A stretch of 64,000 nucleotides of DNA, from IMG/VR virus record IMGVR_UViG_3300033143_001219, positions 17,106-81,105 of that record; one strand, written 5' to 3'. The notes beneath the pieces are model-generated. The model was not told the DNA's origin. It ran no database searches and worked only from the letters and a program-made list of their open reading frames with translations. Source of the DNA: a virus. Positions 49,361 to 59,033 of this stretch are shown piece after piece; positions within the stretch are counted from its first letter, which is position 1; the number at the start of each line of letters is the position of its first letter. The position numbers and the translations under genes were made by a program.

Positions 49361-52300
49361 TTAATCATGTGTAGTAATATATATTATCTTATATTTATCT
49401 TGTATATAAGTTATATCCTCTACTACAGTTGAATATAATGCGGGAATATAACCCGTTGCTGTTATTACGTCGTTATCTTCAACTACATTAAGTGTACCTA
49501 TTATATTATTTAATATAATACCAGCTGCTGTTGCTACATCATCTTCTTCAGTTTCATTAACTGTTCCTAAGTAATGTTGCGTACCCGCTGTAGTACTTGT
49601 ATCATCTATGTCTGTTGTATTAGCTGTACCAATAAATATTAATTCACCGGTCGCAGTACTTGTATCGTCTACATCTGTTACATCAACTGTACCTAAGTAA
49701 GTTTGTGTCCCTGCTGTAGCTGGTAGATCATTTTCTTCAGTTACATCAACTGTACCTAAGTAATGTTGTGTTCCTGCTGTACTTGATGTATCTTCTTCTT
49801 CAGTTACATCTAATGTACCAGAAGAACTATTAATAGATGTACCGGCTGCTGAGATTGTATCATCTACGTCAGTTGTATCTAATATAGCTAAATAAGCTAT
49901 TATACCATTTGCGTTAGTTACATCATCATTATCAGTTGTATCAGAAGTACCAGTAAATATTACTTCACCGGCTGTAGATGTTGTATCATCTACGTCAGTT
50001 ACGTCAACTGTACCTAAGTAAGTTTGTGTTCCTGCAGTTGTTGTTTCATCATCTTCTTCAAGTACATTTAGAGTGTTTATCTCTGAATGTATACCAACCG
50101 CAGTTATAGTATCATCAATATCTGTAGTATCTAATGCACCACTTGGTTGCATTATGCCAGATGATGCTATTGTATCGTCTACATCTGTCTCAACTAATGT
50201 ACCAGTAAATATTACTTCACTAGCTGTTGCTGTTGTATCATCTACATCTGTTACATCAACTGTACCTAAGTAATGCTGTGTACCTGCAGTTGCAGTTGTA
50301 TCATCTACGTCTGTTACATCAACTGTACCTAAGTAATTTTGAGTACCAGCCGTAGTACTTGTATCGTCTACATCTGTAGTATTTGCTGTACCAGTGAATA
50401 TTTGTTCACCAGCTGTAGTAGATGTATCATCAACATCTGTTGTATTTAGTGTTCCTAAATAAGTTTGTGTTCCTGCTGTAGTGCTTGTATCGTCTACGTC
50501 AGTTACATCAACTGTACCATTGGTATTATCTAGTGCACTACCAGTAGCAGAGATTGTATCATCTACATCTGTAGTATCTGACGTACCTAAGTAAGTTTGT
50601 GTACCTGCTGTAGTAGATGTATCGTCTACGTCAGTTACATTAACTATACCAGATGGTTGCATTAGTCCAGATGCAGAGATTGTATCGTCTACGTCTGTTT
50701 CTACTAATGTACCTGCGTACGTTGATTTACCCACTGCAGTTGTAGTATCATCCACATCTGTAGTATTAGAAGTACCTAAATAATGCTGCGTACCTGCTGT
50801 TGCTGTTGTATCGTCTACATCCGTTGTATTAGATGTACCTGTTGTTATTTGTTCTCCAGATGCCGCGATTATATCGTCAACATCTGTTGTATTTAGTGTC
50901 CCAGTAAATATTAATTCACCAGCTGTAGCACTTGTATCGTCTACGTCTGTTGTATTAGCTGTACCAATAAATATTACTTCACCGGCTGCAGTACTTGTAT
51001 CATCTACATCTGTAGTATCAGAAGTACCTAAGTAAGTCTGAGTACCTGCTGTAGTTGTTACATCATCAACATCCGTTGTATTAGCTGTACCAGTGAATAT
51101 TTGTTCACCAGCTGTAGTACTTGTATCGTCTACATCAGTTACATCAACTGTACCTGTAGGAGCTGCTGCTGCTCCAGCTTTTATTTCTACGGCTACTACA
51201 CCACAATCATAAGAGCTATCCCATGTTATATCTACAGTAGTATCGTTATCATCTCGCCATTGTGTTTGAAGACCAGATGTATAAGAACCATCATCAAAAC
51301 CATCTTCTGTAATTTCAGTAAAACCAGTGCCCGGTGTAGCTGAAGGTGGCGTACCATCTCCCGCGTAAAGTTGACCAAATGCACCATATGTAGCATTATT
51401 TGCGCTGCCGAAAGCAGCTAATGTTGCAGTAATTGATGCTGTTACACCTACGGTATTAACAGCACTTTGTACTATTGCAGCGGAACCATTAGTTCCACCA
51501 GTATCTACACCTGTAAATTCACTTAGAGACCATTGACAATCATCCATAGTCTCTGCATATGTGATTGTAATCGTACCAGTAGAGGGTGACGCTCCCATTG
51601 CTCTGAATAAAAATACAGATGAATAACTTGTATCTGTATCTGCCTCAGCAATTAAAACCCATGTTAACCCATTACCAGAAATAGAAGGAACTGCAGGAGC
51701 TCCACCGCCACCAGTATTTGAACCATGAACGGCTAATAATTGTAAATAATCACCTGTTGGTGAAACAGAAGCGGTTGTAAAACCTGTTCCGTTTGTCTGA
51801 GATTCAGCATTAGTTAATAATGCTTGAGTAACACTAGTAGTAGAATGTGTTCCCGCACCTGCTAATGTATCATTTACATCAGTTGTATTAGATGTACCTA
51901 ATATCCCATCTGGAAAGAATTCTGCTAATAAATTATAACCAGTACCAGTTCTGGTACCATCAAATCCGTTATCAGATAAGTCTACCTCTGTAGCGTTATC
52001 CCCTCTGAATCGTAAGTCTAACTCCGCATCAGAACGCACTATTGTTATGTGCTTTCCTTCTGCTAATGTTGTTAGATCAGTGTTACTAAGAGAATCATTA
52101 GTAAGTATAAATACTTCACCAACTGTATTACCAAAATATCTTGTAGTATTACCATCTGGTCTTCTACCAATATTTAAGGTAGGGAATGTATTCGCTGTAT
52201 TAGCATTATTGCTAAAAGAATTATCAGCACCAGATACTGTATCACCTTCTGGTATCCAATAACCATAAGTCGTAGTACCAATTCGCTGAATAACTAATAA

Positions 52301-53347
52301 ATGGTCTGTATTATCTATACCAGTAGTTACATCACCAACACCAGCATAAACTAACTGATTTACTTCTGTACCTGTTATACCATTATAACGTACAATTATT
52401 TCTCTAAAATTAGAAGTCTCACCAAAAAATATATGGAAAGAGTTAGAAGTACCGATAGTTCCAGCAGAAAATATGTACTGGTAATCCATTGTAGTAAGTA
52501 AGCCTTCTGGCATTCTTACCCACATACCCACACACCAATCAGCATCTGGTAGTACTAAACTAGTTGTTGCTACATCTACATCAAAATATCTTGAATTATT
52601 ATCTGCACCAAAGTTTAAAGCTGTTGATGGTAACGATGTGCCTGCGGCACTGATTGTATCATCTACATCTGTTACATCAACTGTACCAGTAAATGAAGTT
52701 GCACCAGCTTTTATCTCTACGGAAACACCGGCTACATCTTGTGGATCACCAGTTGTTGCCCAATTAATTAAGTTATCATTTGACTTATATGCTGTGTGAA
52801 GAGCTACTTCAGCCGGAGATTCAATGAGATCCGCATGAATAGTTGTAAAACCTGTTGGTACTACAACTGGATCATTAACATTAATACCACAACAAGAGTA
52901 TGCATAGTTGTCAACACTACCAAAAGTAGCTAAATCTATGTCTACGTTGTCTGCACTTGCTGTATTAGTAGTACTTTGTACTACTGCGCCGGAACCATTA
53001 GTTCCTGTTGTATCTACACCAGTAAATTCTGTTACTGATACAATGTAACCATCTTGGCTAGAAGCAAAGTTTACTGTTACTGCGCCAGATGTAGGTGATG
53101 ATCCCATTGCACGGTATACTGATACCTTACCTTCGAATGTGTCACCTGTATATGCTTGACTATCTACTAGTACCCATGTTAACCCATTACCTGTTACAGA
53201 TGATGGTGATGAAGCAACAGTGGCATGTGTTGTTGTTACAGTCGCTAGTACTAGTGCGTCACCTGTTGGTGTAATAGAAGAAGTTGAAAAACTTGTTCCA
53301 GACGACTCTTCTAGTAATAATGTTAATGCTGTATTAGCAATTGCCAT
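49361..53347 (-). CDS. 1328-aa repeat-rich virion fibre protein (duplicated beta domain + LamG-like domain + acidic repeats)
   Basis: Two homologous ~215-aa domains (GNGLTWVL...FTGVDT.GTNGS.A.VQS) flank a LamG-like domain; C-terminal 21-aa repeats. Confidence 0.75.
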   Translation of the reverse strand: MAIANTALTLLLEESSGTSFSTSSITPTGDALVLATVTTTHATVASSPSSVTGNGLTWVLVDSQAYTGDTFEGKVSVYRAMGSSPTSGAVTVNFASSQDGYIVSVTEFTGVDTTGTNGSGAVVQSTTNTASADNVDIDLATFGSVDNYAYSCCGINVNDPVVVPTGFTTIHADLIESPAEVALHTAYKSNDNLINWATTGDPQDVAGVSVEIKAGATSFTGTVDVTDVDDTISAAGTSLPSTALNFGADNNSRYFDVDVATTSLVLPDADWCVGMWVRMPEGLLTTMDYQYIFSAGTIGTSNSFHIFFGETSNFREIIVRYNGITGTEVNQLVYAGVGDVTTGIDNTDHLLVIQRIGTTTYGYWIPEGDTVSGADNSFSNNANTANTFPTLNIGRRPDGNTTRYFGNTVGEVFILTNDSLSNTDLTTLAEGKHITIVRSDAELDLRFRGDNATEVDLSDNGFDGTRTGTGYNLLAEFFPDGILGTSNTTDVNDTLAGAGTHSTTSVTQALLTNAESQTNGTGFTTASVSPTGDYLQLLAVHGSNTGGGGAPAVPSISGNGLTWVLIAEADTDTSYSSVFLFRAMGASPSTGTITITYAETMDDCQWSLSEFTGVDTGGTNGSAAIVQSAVNTVGVTASITATLAAFGSANNATYGAFGQLYAGDGTPPSATPGTGFTEITEDGFDDGSYTSGLQTQWRDDNDTTVDITWDSSYDCGVVAVEIKAGAAAAPTGTVDVTDVDDTSTTAGEQIFTGTANTTDVDDVTTTAGTQTYLGTSDTTDVDDTSTAAGEVIFIGTANTTDVDDTSATAGELIFTGTLNTTDVDDIIAASGEQITTGTSNTTDVDDTTATAGTQHYLGTSNTTDVDDTTTAVGKSTYAGTLVETDVDDTISASGLMQPSGIVNVTDVDDTSTTAGTQTYLGTSDTTDVDDTISATGSALDNTNGTVDVTDVDDTSTTAGTQTYLGTLNTTDVDDTSTTAGEQIFTGTANTTDVDDTSTTAGTQNYLGTVDVTDVDDTTATAGTQHYLGTVDVTDVDDTTATASEVIFTGTLVETDVDDTIASSGIMQPSGALDTTDIDDTITAVGIHSEINTLNVLEEDDETTTAGTQTYLGTVDVTDVDDTTSTAGEVIFTGTSDTTDNDDVTNANGIIAYLAILDTTDVDDTISAAGTSINSSSGTLDVTEEEDTSSTAGTQHYLGTVDVTEENDLPATAGTQTYLGTVDVTDVDDTSTATGELIFIGTANTTDIDDTSTTAGTQHYLGTVNETEEDDVATAAGIILNNIIGTLNVVEDNDVITATGYIPALYSTVVEDITYIQDKYKIIYITTHD
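49450..51155 (-). repeat. About 27 tandem 63-bp (21-aa) repeats GTxxxTDVDDTxxxAG
   Basis: Counted from the translation; two further single copies act as inter-domain linkers. Confidence 0.92.
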
Positions 53348-53351
53348 AGTT

Positions 53352-53810
53352 TTACACCAGTGTTATAGAGGTTATGACATCCTGTAAAAGCGTATTAAGT
53401 GTACTTACTGGTGCGGCACCTGTATTAAAGTTATTATAAGTTTTGTTGTATGCAGCATCATATTGATATACACTCCAATAAGTGTTTGTTCCTAATACTG
53501 TCAATATGTGATTTAGCACAGCTTTCATTTTAACAACTAAAGCTGCAATCTCTGTGTCTATAGCATAATTATTATCATCATATTGTGATTTAGCTTCCGC
53601 TATTACATCTGCCCTTATTGATATTCTTTCAAAAAAGGTTATTATGCTTGAGTAGTGGTCAATTAATTTTTCGAGTTGGATAACGGATATTGTAGCATTG
53701 TTATTAATGACATTAATTGCAAAATTAGCATCATTAATAACTTGTTTAGCTTTTCCGTCTAACTCTAGAATGGCGCTGTCTAGCCGTTCATTATTGACTA
53801 ATACGGCCAT
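53352..53810 (-). CDS. Hypothetical protein
   Basis: Coupled by 1-nt overlap to the upstream gene; helical. Confidence 0.6.
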   Translation of the reverse strand: MAVLVNNERLDSAILELDGKAKQVINDANFAINVINNNATISVIQLEKLIDHYSSIITFFERISIRADVIAEAKSQYDDNNYAIDTEIAALVVKMKAVLNHILTVLGTNTYWSVYQYDAAYNKTYNNFNTGAAPVSTLNTLLQDVITSITLV

Positions 53811-54226
53811 TACGCGTTACCGATTGTGATATCGAATTGAGTAATAGAAACTGTTGCACCGATAACGATGGAAACAGTATTTAAATTTAGATCTGAACCA
53901 GATGTACCAACATCTCCGTCCATAATGTGAGTTCCAGCTGACTGAGTTAATACTCTGAACCATGTTGCTGTTCCAGTAGCGTCTGCTGCTGAGTCGTCTG
54001 TGATTGCTGCACCTACGATTACGCCAGATGCTGCTGCTGCGAATGATGCAGCTGAGAATGTTAGTGTTGCTAACAGAACCTGTGTAGTTACTGCACCACC
54101 AGTAGCAGGACGACCTGTACCAGTACTATCATAGATTTCTATGATTGCTGCTGTTCCCGCATCCATCTCTGTTGTGATTGCGTCTGCTTTTGCGTTACGT
54201 ACTGCTACGCTATATCCTAATGCCAT
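53810..54226 (-). CDS. Small Ala/Thr/Gly-rich beta-sandwich virion protein (putative fibre subunit)
   Basis: MAL.YS.AVRNA..DA, LLATLT, ADATGTATWFR and DG.VGTSGSDLNL pattern; AGAGGA RBS. Confidence 0.65.
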   Translation of the reverse strand: MALGYSVAVRNAKADAITTEMDAGTAAIIEIYDSTGTGRPATGGAVTTQVLLATLTFSAASFAAAASGVIVGAAITDDSAADATGTATWFRVLTQSAGTHIMDGDVGTSGSDLNLNTVSIVIGATVSITQFDITIGNA

Positions 54227-54276
54227 TTTGTATTCCTCTTTTTATTTATATTTTAAAATTGATAATCTAGTATAGA

Positions 54277-54639
54277 TTATCTTGTAACTCCACCGATTAT
54301 AGAGACTACGCCTTCTATAAGTCTGTTTACATCATCTGGATCACCAGCATTATATAATTCTAAATCATAAACGCCTGTTTCTATTGATAATGCATCTGTA
54401 TCCGTTGCACCTATAATTAAATCTATTCTTCCAGTTTCCGCACCATCTTCTAGTAATATTCTACTATTTGTAGTAGTTAATTCTAGTACGAAGCCTACAT
54501 CACCTATTTGTTCGCGAATATGCATTCTGGCTGATAAGCCTGCTAATGATATTGCTGTTTTTGTGCTATCACGCCAAATGAATGTTTTGTAATATTTAGC
54601 ACCTTTCTCTATTGTTAAGTTGATTTTAGCTGCTGGCAT
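54277..54639 (-). CDS. BppU-N/p132-like adaptor protein
   Basis: NLTIEKGA, ARMHIR, GVYDLEL and RLIEG...VTR pattern. Confidence 0.55.
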   Translation of the reverse strand: MPAAKINLTIEKGAKYYKTFIWRDSTKTAISLAGLSARMHIREQIGDVGFVLELTTTNSRILLEDGAETGRIDLIIGATDTDALSIETGVYDLELYNAGDPDDVNRLIEGVVSIIGGVTR

Positions 54640-54643
54640 TTGA

Positions 54644-54985
54644 CTACCTCGCTAGTAACATGCAATCTAGGTCCGTTGTACCATCTCCTGCAGTAACATT
54701 TGGTCTATAGTAAAGTGCTATGTCTCTTACTGTTAAGAAGCCCGCTGCTGTTAGTGAGATTGCTGATCCTGTGCTATCTAGTAGTGTTGTCCACGCAGTG
54801 CCATCAAGGCTGCCTTCTAGTACAATAGTACCACCTGCGCCGAACGTTCCAGATACCTGAACAGTAGCAAATCTGTTGCTACTATTTGTATAAATATCAC
54901 CAGTATCGCCGTTTAACATAGTTGACCATGTTAATACAATATCTCGATTACTCTGTTTCTTCGTTGTTGCTACAATTACTGCCAT
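54644..54985 (-). CDS. Small jelly-roll-like virion protein
   Basis: VQVSGTFGAGGTIVLEGSLDG..W motif. Confidence 0.5.
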   Translation of the reverse strand: MAVIVATTKKQSNRDIVLTWSTMLNGDTGDIYTNSSNRFATVQVSGTFGAGGTIVLEGSLDGTAWTTLLDSTGSAISLTAAGFLTVRDIALYYRPNVTAGDGTTDLDCMLLAR

Positions 54986-54987
54986 TT

Positions 54988-56280
54988 TTAACTCCCTATT
55001 GTATCTACATTATATGAATGTGTATACATTGCATATCTTAATGCGTCTGGTAAATGTGAATGTAAGTGACTAGGTCTTTCATTAAGTAAGCCTATTTTAT
55101 CATCCCATACATAATTATCTAATGCGTTTAGTAGTTCAGTACAGGACTTATCTATATATAACCTGTCATGTTCTATCATACTACTAACATACCCAACTCC
55201 ATCCAATACTGACTTCTTAGCATTTACTGTTGTTATATCGTAATCGTATGCTAAATCATATCGTGTTTGTTGTGCTGCTGAATCAATATATATAAAGTCT
55301 ATATCATACTCATCTATTAGTTCTTGCAATGCTTTAGCATAATCAGAAGTCGCTGCTTCCTTATGGTAATATTCGCCTAGTGCGTACCAGTCATGCCCGT
55401 CTGTTGCAAGGACAACGATTGCTGTTGGATCTCTGAAACCCATATCCATACCAGCTATTACATCTAATATTTCTAGTTTTGAGACATCAATATCAACAAC
55501 GTTAGCTTTATTAATGTTCCAGATCTGACCTTGCATCGCAATGAAGTCGCCTTCATATTCTTGTGCAAACTCTGCTGTACTCATTGACTTTCTAGCGTCT
55601 TCTATATCTTCTGGGTTAGATCTTGGATTATCTGCGTATGTACTGTGTATAGACGCCCATTTAGGGTACTTGTCACTAAACCCGCGTTTGTAGAAATCAT
55701 AGAACCAGTTCTTACCACGAGGAGTAGATATAAAGATACATTTACTATTTGGTTTATCTAGTGTTGGTCGTAGTTGAATGTTGAAAGCTTTTTCACCATC
55801 GTTGTTTAATGCACACTCATCGAATATGATTAAATCGTAGCTACGTCCTACTACACTATCCACTTGCGTAACAGAACCAACTCTTATAGTAGATTCATTA
55901 GCAAGCTCAATTATCTTGTCTTTAGCGTTACTTTTAGTAAGTTCAATATCAAACGTATTTATTAATTTACGTTGTATGTCCCAGCTTACAGCCGAAAGGC
56001 TGTAGTTTGGGGCTATAACCAGTATATTCATACCGGGAACTAAAGTAACTAAATGACCAATTATATTAGATATTAAACTCTTACCTGTACGTCTAGCTAG
56101 TACAGCGGTTACAAATCTATATCTTGGGTCTTGAATTGCGTTTATAAGTGCTATTTGTGGGGGTACTGGTGTAATTCCAAGTAGTTCTACGTATTTCTCA
56201 ATAGGTAGTTTAATAAATCGTTCTTCTTGTGTAAACTCAGTTAGCTCCGTGCCACTAATGTCTTCCCTGCTTATATCCAT
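54988..56280 (-). CDS. terL: Terminase large subunit
   Basis: ARRTGKS Walker A, LIIFDE Walker B, FISTPRG, GMDMG and DALRYA. Confidence 0.95.
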   Translation of the reverse strand: MDISREDISGTELTEFTQEERFIKLPIEKYVELLGITPVPPQIALINAIQDPRYRFVTAVLARRTGKSLISNIIGHLVTLVPGMNILVIAPNYSLSAVSWDIQRKLINTFDIELTKSNAKDKIIELANESTIRVGSVTQVDSVVGRSYDLIIFDECALNNDGEKAFNIQLRPTLDKPNSKCIFISTPRGKNWFYDFYKRGFSDKYPKWASIHSTYADNPRSNPEDIEDARKSMSTAEFAQEYEGDFIAMQGQIWNINKANVVDIDVSKLEILDVIAGMDMGFRDPTAIVVLATDGHDWYALGEYYHKEAATSDYAKALQELIDEYDIDFIYIDSAAQQTRYDLAYDYDITTVNAKKSVLDGVGYVSSMIEHDRLYIDKSCTELLNALDNYVWDDKIGLLNERPSHLHSHLPDALRYAMYTHSYNVDTIGS

Positions 56281-56282
56281 AT

Positions 56283-56756
56283 TTAGCCTTCATCATCCCC
56301 TGTTAAATTCTTAAGAAGGTTAGTATAATTCTGGCCAAATTCAGCTTTAATGTTATTTTGTACGTTAGTTTGATTTAGCACGGGGGTAGCTTTATTTTCT
56401 GCTTGTATCACTTTAACTTCGTCCATACGCATTTTATGCACCATGACAAGTAAATCAGCGATATCCTTAGTAGATGACATCTCAGCTTCCTCTAATTCTT
56501 CTAGTTTTTTCTCAATAATATCAGTCATTGCCTGCGCAATCTTACCGCGATTAAAGTACCCCTGCTCTAAAAATACAGTATCAATATACTTTTTAGCTTC
56601 GCGTTTATTTAAGTATTGAATTACTTTTTCACGAGGCATACGCAGTTGATTTGATGTAGCACCTATATCATTGGTCATCAAATAATTATTTACTACTACT
56701 AACACTTCTGGTGCAAGCTTAACTCCTTCTTCAGCACTTAATAAATCCGTACCCAT
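56283..56756 (-). CDS. terS: Terminase small subunit (T5-like)
   Basis: N-terminal HTH, YIDTVFLEQGY.NR and SSTKDIADLL motifs; upstream of terL. Confidence 0.8.
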   Translation of the reverse strand: MGTDLLSAEEGVKLAPEVLVVVNNYLMTNDIGATSNQLRMPREKVIQYLNKREAKKYIDTVFLEQGYFNRGKIAQAMTDIIEKKLEELEEAEMSSTKDIADLLVMVHKMRMDEVKVIQAENKATPVLNQTNVQNNIKAEFGQNYTNLLKNLTGDDEG

Positions 56757-56781
56757 TACATATTTCTCCTATTATTTTATT

Positions 56782-56810
56782 ATTATATCAAAAAAATTGC
56801 TGTATGTCTA
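56782..56810 (-). promoter_or_regulatory. Sigma-70 promoter for the late operon
   Basis: TAGACA-17-TATAAT upstream of the AGGAG RBS of terS. Confidence 0.8.
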
Positions 56811-56893
56811 GCCTAAAAGTTAAAAATTTTACATATCTAAATTTATATTGTTACAAAGTTTCAAATATCGATCAAGCAACTAAAAAATAATAC

Positions 56894-56922
56894 TTGACAT
56901 TCTAGTTAAATGCGAGTATAAT
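56894..56922 (+). promoter_or_regulatory. Consensus sigma-70 promoter with A-rich UP element
   Basis: TTGACA-17-TATAAT preceded by AAAAAATAA. Confidence 0.9.
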
Positions 56923-56963
56923 TACTTAAATAATTAGAGAAATAATATAAAAAGGAGAAGGTA

Positions 56964-57107
56964 ATGGGTTTTAATTTAGTGGCATTTTTTGAAGAGTTAA
57001 ACTTAATAATAAATAATACGGAGTATAGTGAAGCTGAAAGACTAGAAGCTATAGCAGCAGAAGTTACGTGGCAACAAAAATATGCTTTGCAATGTGGTCA
57101 GATATGA
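56964..57107 (+). CDS. Hypothetical protein (47 aa, not in ORF track)
   Basis: AAAGGAG RBS; MGFNLVAFFEEL...; first gene after the promoter. Confidence 0.7.
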   Translation: MGFNLVAFFEELNLIINNTEYSEAERLEAIAAEVTWQQKYALQCGQI

Positions 57108-57283
57108 GTAAAATAACAGTAGCAGATCATGGATTTGAAAAGGGTGATATTCTTGAGGTTAAAGTACATAATAGCTTCTGGAAGGTTTTATGGCACTGGG
57201 TAGCAAGAAAGGATTTAAAGAGAAGTACTAAATATACAATAACAAATGTAACTAATACAGAGTTTACTATAGATTATGCTTAG
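57104..57283 (+). CDS. Hypothetical protein
   Basis: ATGA overlap with the previous ORF. Confidence 0.6.
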   Translation: MSKITVADHGFEKGDILEVKVHNSFWKVLWHWVARKDLKRSTKYTITNVTNTEFTIDYA

Positions 57284-57614
57284 CGCTTATTTTGTGCCAT
57301 TAAAAGAAGACGTACCAGGTTATGGTGGACATATTATGTTTCTGCAGACTATGCATGGTAGAACAGATATATTTAGAGGTAGTACATATCCTGAAGCTAA
57401 ACCTTCACAGTCTAGAATAGGTATGCTTGATATGGACGTTGATGAGAAATTAATAACTCAATGGTGTTACGCTCATTTTAAACCTTGTGCAAAACATCCT
57501 GCTATTTATAAAGTTAATTTAGAAACTATGCAACGAGAGCTATATATGGATGATTATATTGAAGATTTTGTAACTAAACACTATGATGAAATTGTGGAGA
57601 GATTAAATGCTTAA
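57276..57614 (+). CDS. Hypothetical protein
   Basis: Overlapping operon arrangement. Confidence 0.65.
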   Translation: MLSAYFVPLKEDVPGYGGHIMFLQTMHGRTDIFRGSTYPEAKPSQSRIGMLDMDVDEKLITQWCYAHFKPCAKHPAIYKVNLETMQRELYMDDYIEDFVTKHYDEIVERLNA

Positions 57615-57849
57615 ACAATTCTTAGGATTAAAAGGTAGCTGGAAATGGGCATGTAGACAAATGGCTGCTGGATATATTGTGAAGCCAAAAAATATTACAG
57701 GTGTTGTAAAATATAAAGTAGATACTGAAGGACAACGTAGAATATTATTTACCTTTAGTAAGGTAATATCAAAAAGTACAAAATGGGAAAATGCAATTAT
57801 ATTCTTATCAGATTTTGAAATAGAGTGGGAGTTAGTTGAGGGATTATGA
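57607..57849 (+). CDS. Hypothetical protein, possibly Tad2/DUF2829-like
   Basis: W.WA..M..G..V N-terminus and W......D...EWELV C-terminus. Confidence 0.45.
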   Translation: MLKQFLGLKGSWKWACRQMAAGYIVKPKNITGVVKYKVDTEGQRRILFTFSKVISKSTKWENAIIFLSDFEIEWELVEGL

Positions 57850-58232
57850 AAATACTAAGTAAAGGAACAGATGGTGGGGATAAGTCAAACGTAGTAGGTT
57901 ATTGGCTAGTAGAGATTAAACCATTATTCTCTATAGTACTATTACGATTTGGGAAGGGTTCGAGAGAGTGTTACCATAATCATGCGTTTCACGCATTAAC
58001 ATGGTTCCTTAAGGGCGAAGTAGATGAACATCACACGGATGGGAGAATAATAAATTGGAAACCTTCTCTAAAACCAAAAATAACTAAAAAGGACTGCTTC
58101 CACAAAGTATATGCGTTGGAAACGACTTGGGCTATTAGTTTTAGAGGACCTTGGGATAAAACGTGGAAAGAATATAATCCTACAACTGAGAAAGAAACTA
58201 CATTAACAAATGGAAGGGTGGTAGTAAAATGA
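57846..58232 (+). CDS. Cupin-fold protein
   Basis: YHNHAF...LKG...E and FHKV motifs. Confidence 0.65.
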   Translation: MKILSKGTDGGDKSNVVGYWLVEIKPLFSIVLLRFGKGSRECYHNHAFHALTWFLKGEVDEHHTDGRIINWKPSLKPKITKKDCFHKVYALETTWAISFRGPWDKTWKEYNPTTEKETTLTNGRVVVK

Positions 58233-58414
58233 GTTATATGAGTCAAGATGAAATGAAAAAACTAGATAAGTTATTAACTTATAAAGATTGTATTAATGAT
58301 ACATTAAGTTGCTGGAGAGCCACAAGAATTAATGGTGCTTCTGCAAGTTTAGCTTGTGATGGTAATATTAGTATCCCATTATTAAAAGCATTTGATAAGG
58401 TAAGGGAATTATGA
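58229..58414 (+). CDS. Hypothetical protein
   Basis: ATGA coupling. Confidence 0.55.
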   Translation: MSYMSQDEMKKLDKLLTYKDCINDTLSCWRATRINGASASLACDGNISIPLLKAFDKVREL

Positions 58415-58695
58415 AACGTGAAAATATAATACTAACAGTGATAGTAATTATTATAGCATTATTTATATACAAGGTAGGGAAGAGTTATAATGACTTTCAA
58501 GTAAAGTTTAGTAAGGCAGAAATTATTAATGCTGAATATATACTTTTAGAACATGACTCAACACATAATTGCAAGACAGTTAGTATTAAAGGCATTATGA
58601 AAGATGGGATTATATCAAACAAAGAATATGATAAGTTTAAAAAAGATTGTAAACTTGCTCAAAGTCAAGAGATTAAGGGTAGGTTAAAATGGTAA
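58411..58695 (+). CDS. Membrane-anchored hypothetical protein
   Basis: N-terminal TM helix; Cys pair. Confidence 0.6.
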   Translation: MKRENIILTVIVIIIALFIYKVGKSYNDFQVKFSKAEIINAEYILLEHDSTHNCKTVSIKGIMKDGIISNKEYDKFKKDCKLAQSQEIKGRLKW

Positions 58696-59033
58696 GAACT
58701 AAAATAAGAATAATAGGTAATAAAAAATATTGTATATATTGTGCAGAACCTTCGAAGAGAGATTCAGATGGTTCACAACATAATAATGACTATATTGAGT
58801 TTGATGTTTGTAATTGTTATGGTGCTAAGAAGGCAGTGGACATTAAGCAGGAAATTGATGGTAGATGGATGGATATTGAGGATCTGCCTAAGATACATAA
58901 GTATAAACTTGATAAAATGCAATTTGATATAGAATTAAAAGAATTACGCGATAAGTGGGGCGTTGAAACACCTAAGAACCCATATGAGGGTGATGTTGAG
59001 TCTGCTCCAAATAAGAAGACAAGGATAAAATAA
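58689..59033 (+). CDS. Hypothetical zinc-binding protein
   Basis: CIYC...CNC. Confidence 0.6.
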   Translation: MVRTKIRIIGNKKYCIYCAEPSKRDSDGSQHNNDYIEFDVCNCYGAKKAVDIKQEIDGRWMDIEDLPKIHKYKLDKMQFDIELKELRDKWGVETPKNPYEGDVESAPNKKTRIK

